Sequence record: NC_061444.1
Reading direction: 5' to 3' (one strand)
Length of the DNA stretch: 64,000 nt
In this document: positions 63,404 through 64,000 of the stretch, piece by piece
Numbering within the stretch: the first letter of the stretch is position 1
Layout of the letters: each line of letters opens with the position of its first letter
The notes under the pieces: generated by a model
What the model saw: the letters and a program-made list of their open reading frames with translations, nothing else
What the model was told of the DNA's origin: nothing
Database searches by the model: none
Made by a program: the position numbers and the translations under genes

Positions 63404-64000
63404 TTAAGCAGCGTCGCCGGTGCCAATAGGAAGCATCAGACGCATACCACGGTTGTCTTTACCGTTAGCGTTCATGCCCAGGTATTTGGTTTTGTTCGTT
63501 GCTTTCAGCGGGTTCAACTGAACTTCGGAGCCAGCAGAGAGAACGTCAGCAGACGTATAACCCAGCATATCTAGTGTAGCGAAGTACACATAGCGCTGAG
63601 TGTTGATCATCTGCGGGAACAGAACGATAGCACGGTTACCTTCTGCAATCATAACCTGCTGGAGCGGGTTGATGATAGGAGCAGAGTCAGGCGTCGGCTG
63701 CACAGCAGACAGTGGAACCGTAGCAGAGTAGATACCCTCTTCGATTACAGTGTAGCGCTGAATAGCGTCTGGCTTGAATGTGTCCGGATCGCCTGCCAGA
63801 CCACCGCCGCAGGAGAAGATTGCGAACAGAGGGCTTTGATCGCCAGGCTTAGTGTCAGTAGACTGAACGCCGCGCTGAACAACGAACCAGCTAAATGCAG
63901 TACCGGTGTTATCGAAACCTTCTGCGTTGATGTGCAGAGCGATGCCGTGGTCGGTAGTGATGAAGTCATACGTCAGAGGGTATGCAGACGTATCAGCAGT
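63404..64000 (-). CDS. Paralogous structural protein, truncated at window end
   Basis: Manual translation shows the 63404..63703 ORF stays open to 64000 (TADTSAYPLTYDFITTDHGIALHINAEG...SWFVVQRG...PLFAIFS). Confidence 0.8.
   Translation of the reverse strand, partial: TADTSAYPLTYDFITTDHGIALHINAEGFDNTGTAFSWFVVQRGVQSTDTKPGDQSPLFAIFSCGGGLAGDPDTFKPDAIQRYTVIEEGIYSATVPLSAVQPTPDSAPIINPLQQVMIAEGNRAIVLFPQMINTQRYVYFATLDMLGYTSADVLSAGSEVQLNPLKATNKTKYLGMNANGKDNRGMRLMLPIGTGDAA

Noticed and set aside
63745-63969. 74-aa minus-strand ORF
   Set aside because: Alternative frame within the real gene, which runs in frame from beyond 64000 to 63404
1-64000. tRNA or rRNA genes
   Set aside because: No cloverleaf or rRNA-like sequence recognised in the few intergenic gaps; not tested with tRNAscan-SE

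Overview
A 64-kb, almost entirely minus-strand virion morphogenesis region of a jumbo myovirus. By gene content and order it resembles the 'hairy' enterobacterial jumbo phages of the Erwinia Y3 / Dickeya JA11-AD1 type; this is inference, not a database result. In transcription order (right to left): paralogous fibre-like proteins, a 1441-aa structural protein, NAD-dependent DNA ligase, a GT2-TPR glycosyltransferase, prohead protease, acidic scaffold, decoration and major capsid proteins, neck, sheath, two tube paralogues, hub chaperones, tape-measure/muramidase, baseplate hub and spike, a non-structural insert (Nudix, MmcB-like, thymidylate kinase), a 1.3-kb gene-free interval, PAAR, gp25, wedges, and a long fibre module. 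The fibre module has four collagen-like paralogues, one ending in an intact intein-like Hint domain. Best candidates for undescribed biology: (1) the 24.56-25.85 kb interval, which looks like two divergent structured RNAs, a ~230-nt doubly pseudoknotted minus-strand RNA carrying a sequestered 52-codon hydrophobic ORF and a ~950-nt plus-strand RNA with two hairpins showing an identical 15-nt loop, flanked by an inverted bipartite motif; (2) a collagen fibre + Hint + GT2-TPR combination suggesting self-processed, glycosylated fibres; (3) a periplasmic-binding-protein-like gene with adjacent membrane proteins; (4) an S-x-S motif and a shared ~65-aa domain marking candidate protease-matured head proteins, including the Nudix enzyme.
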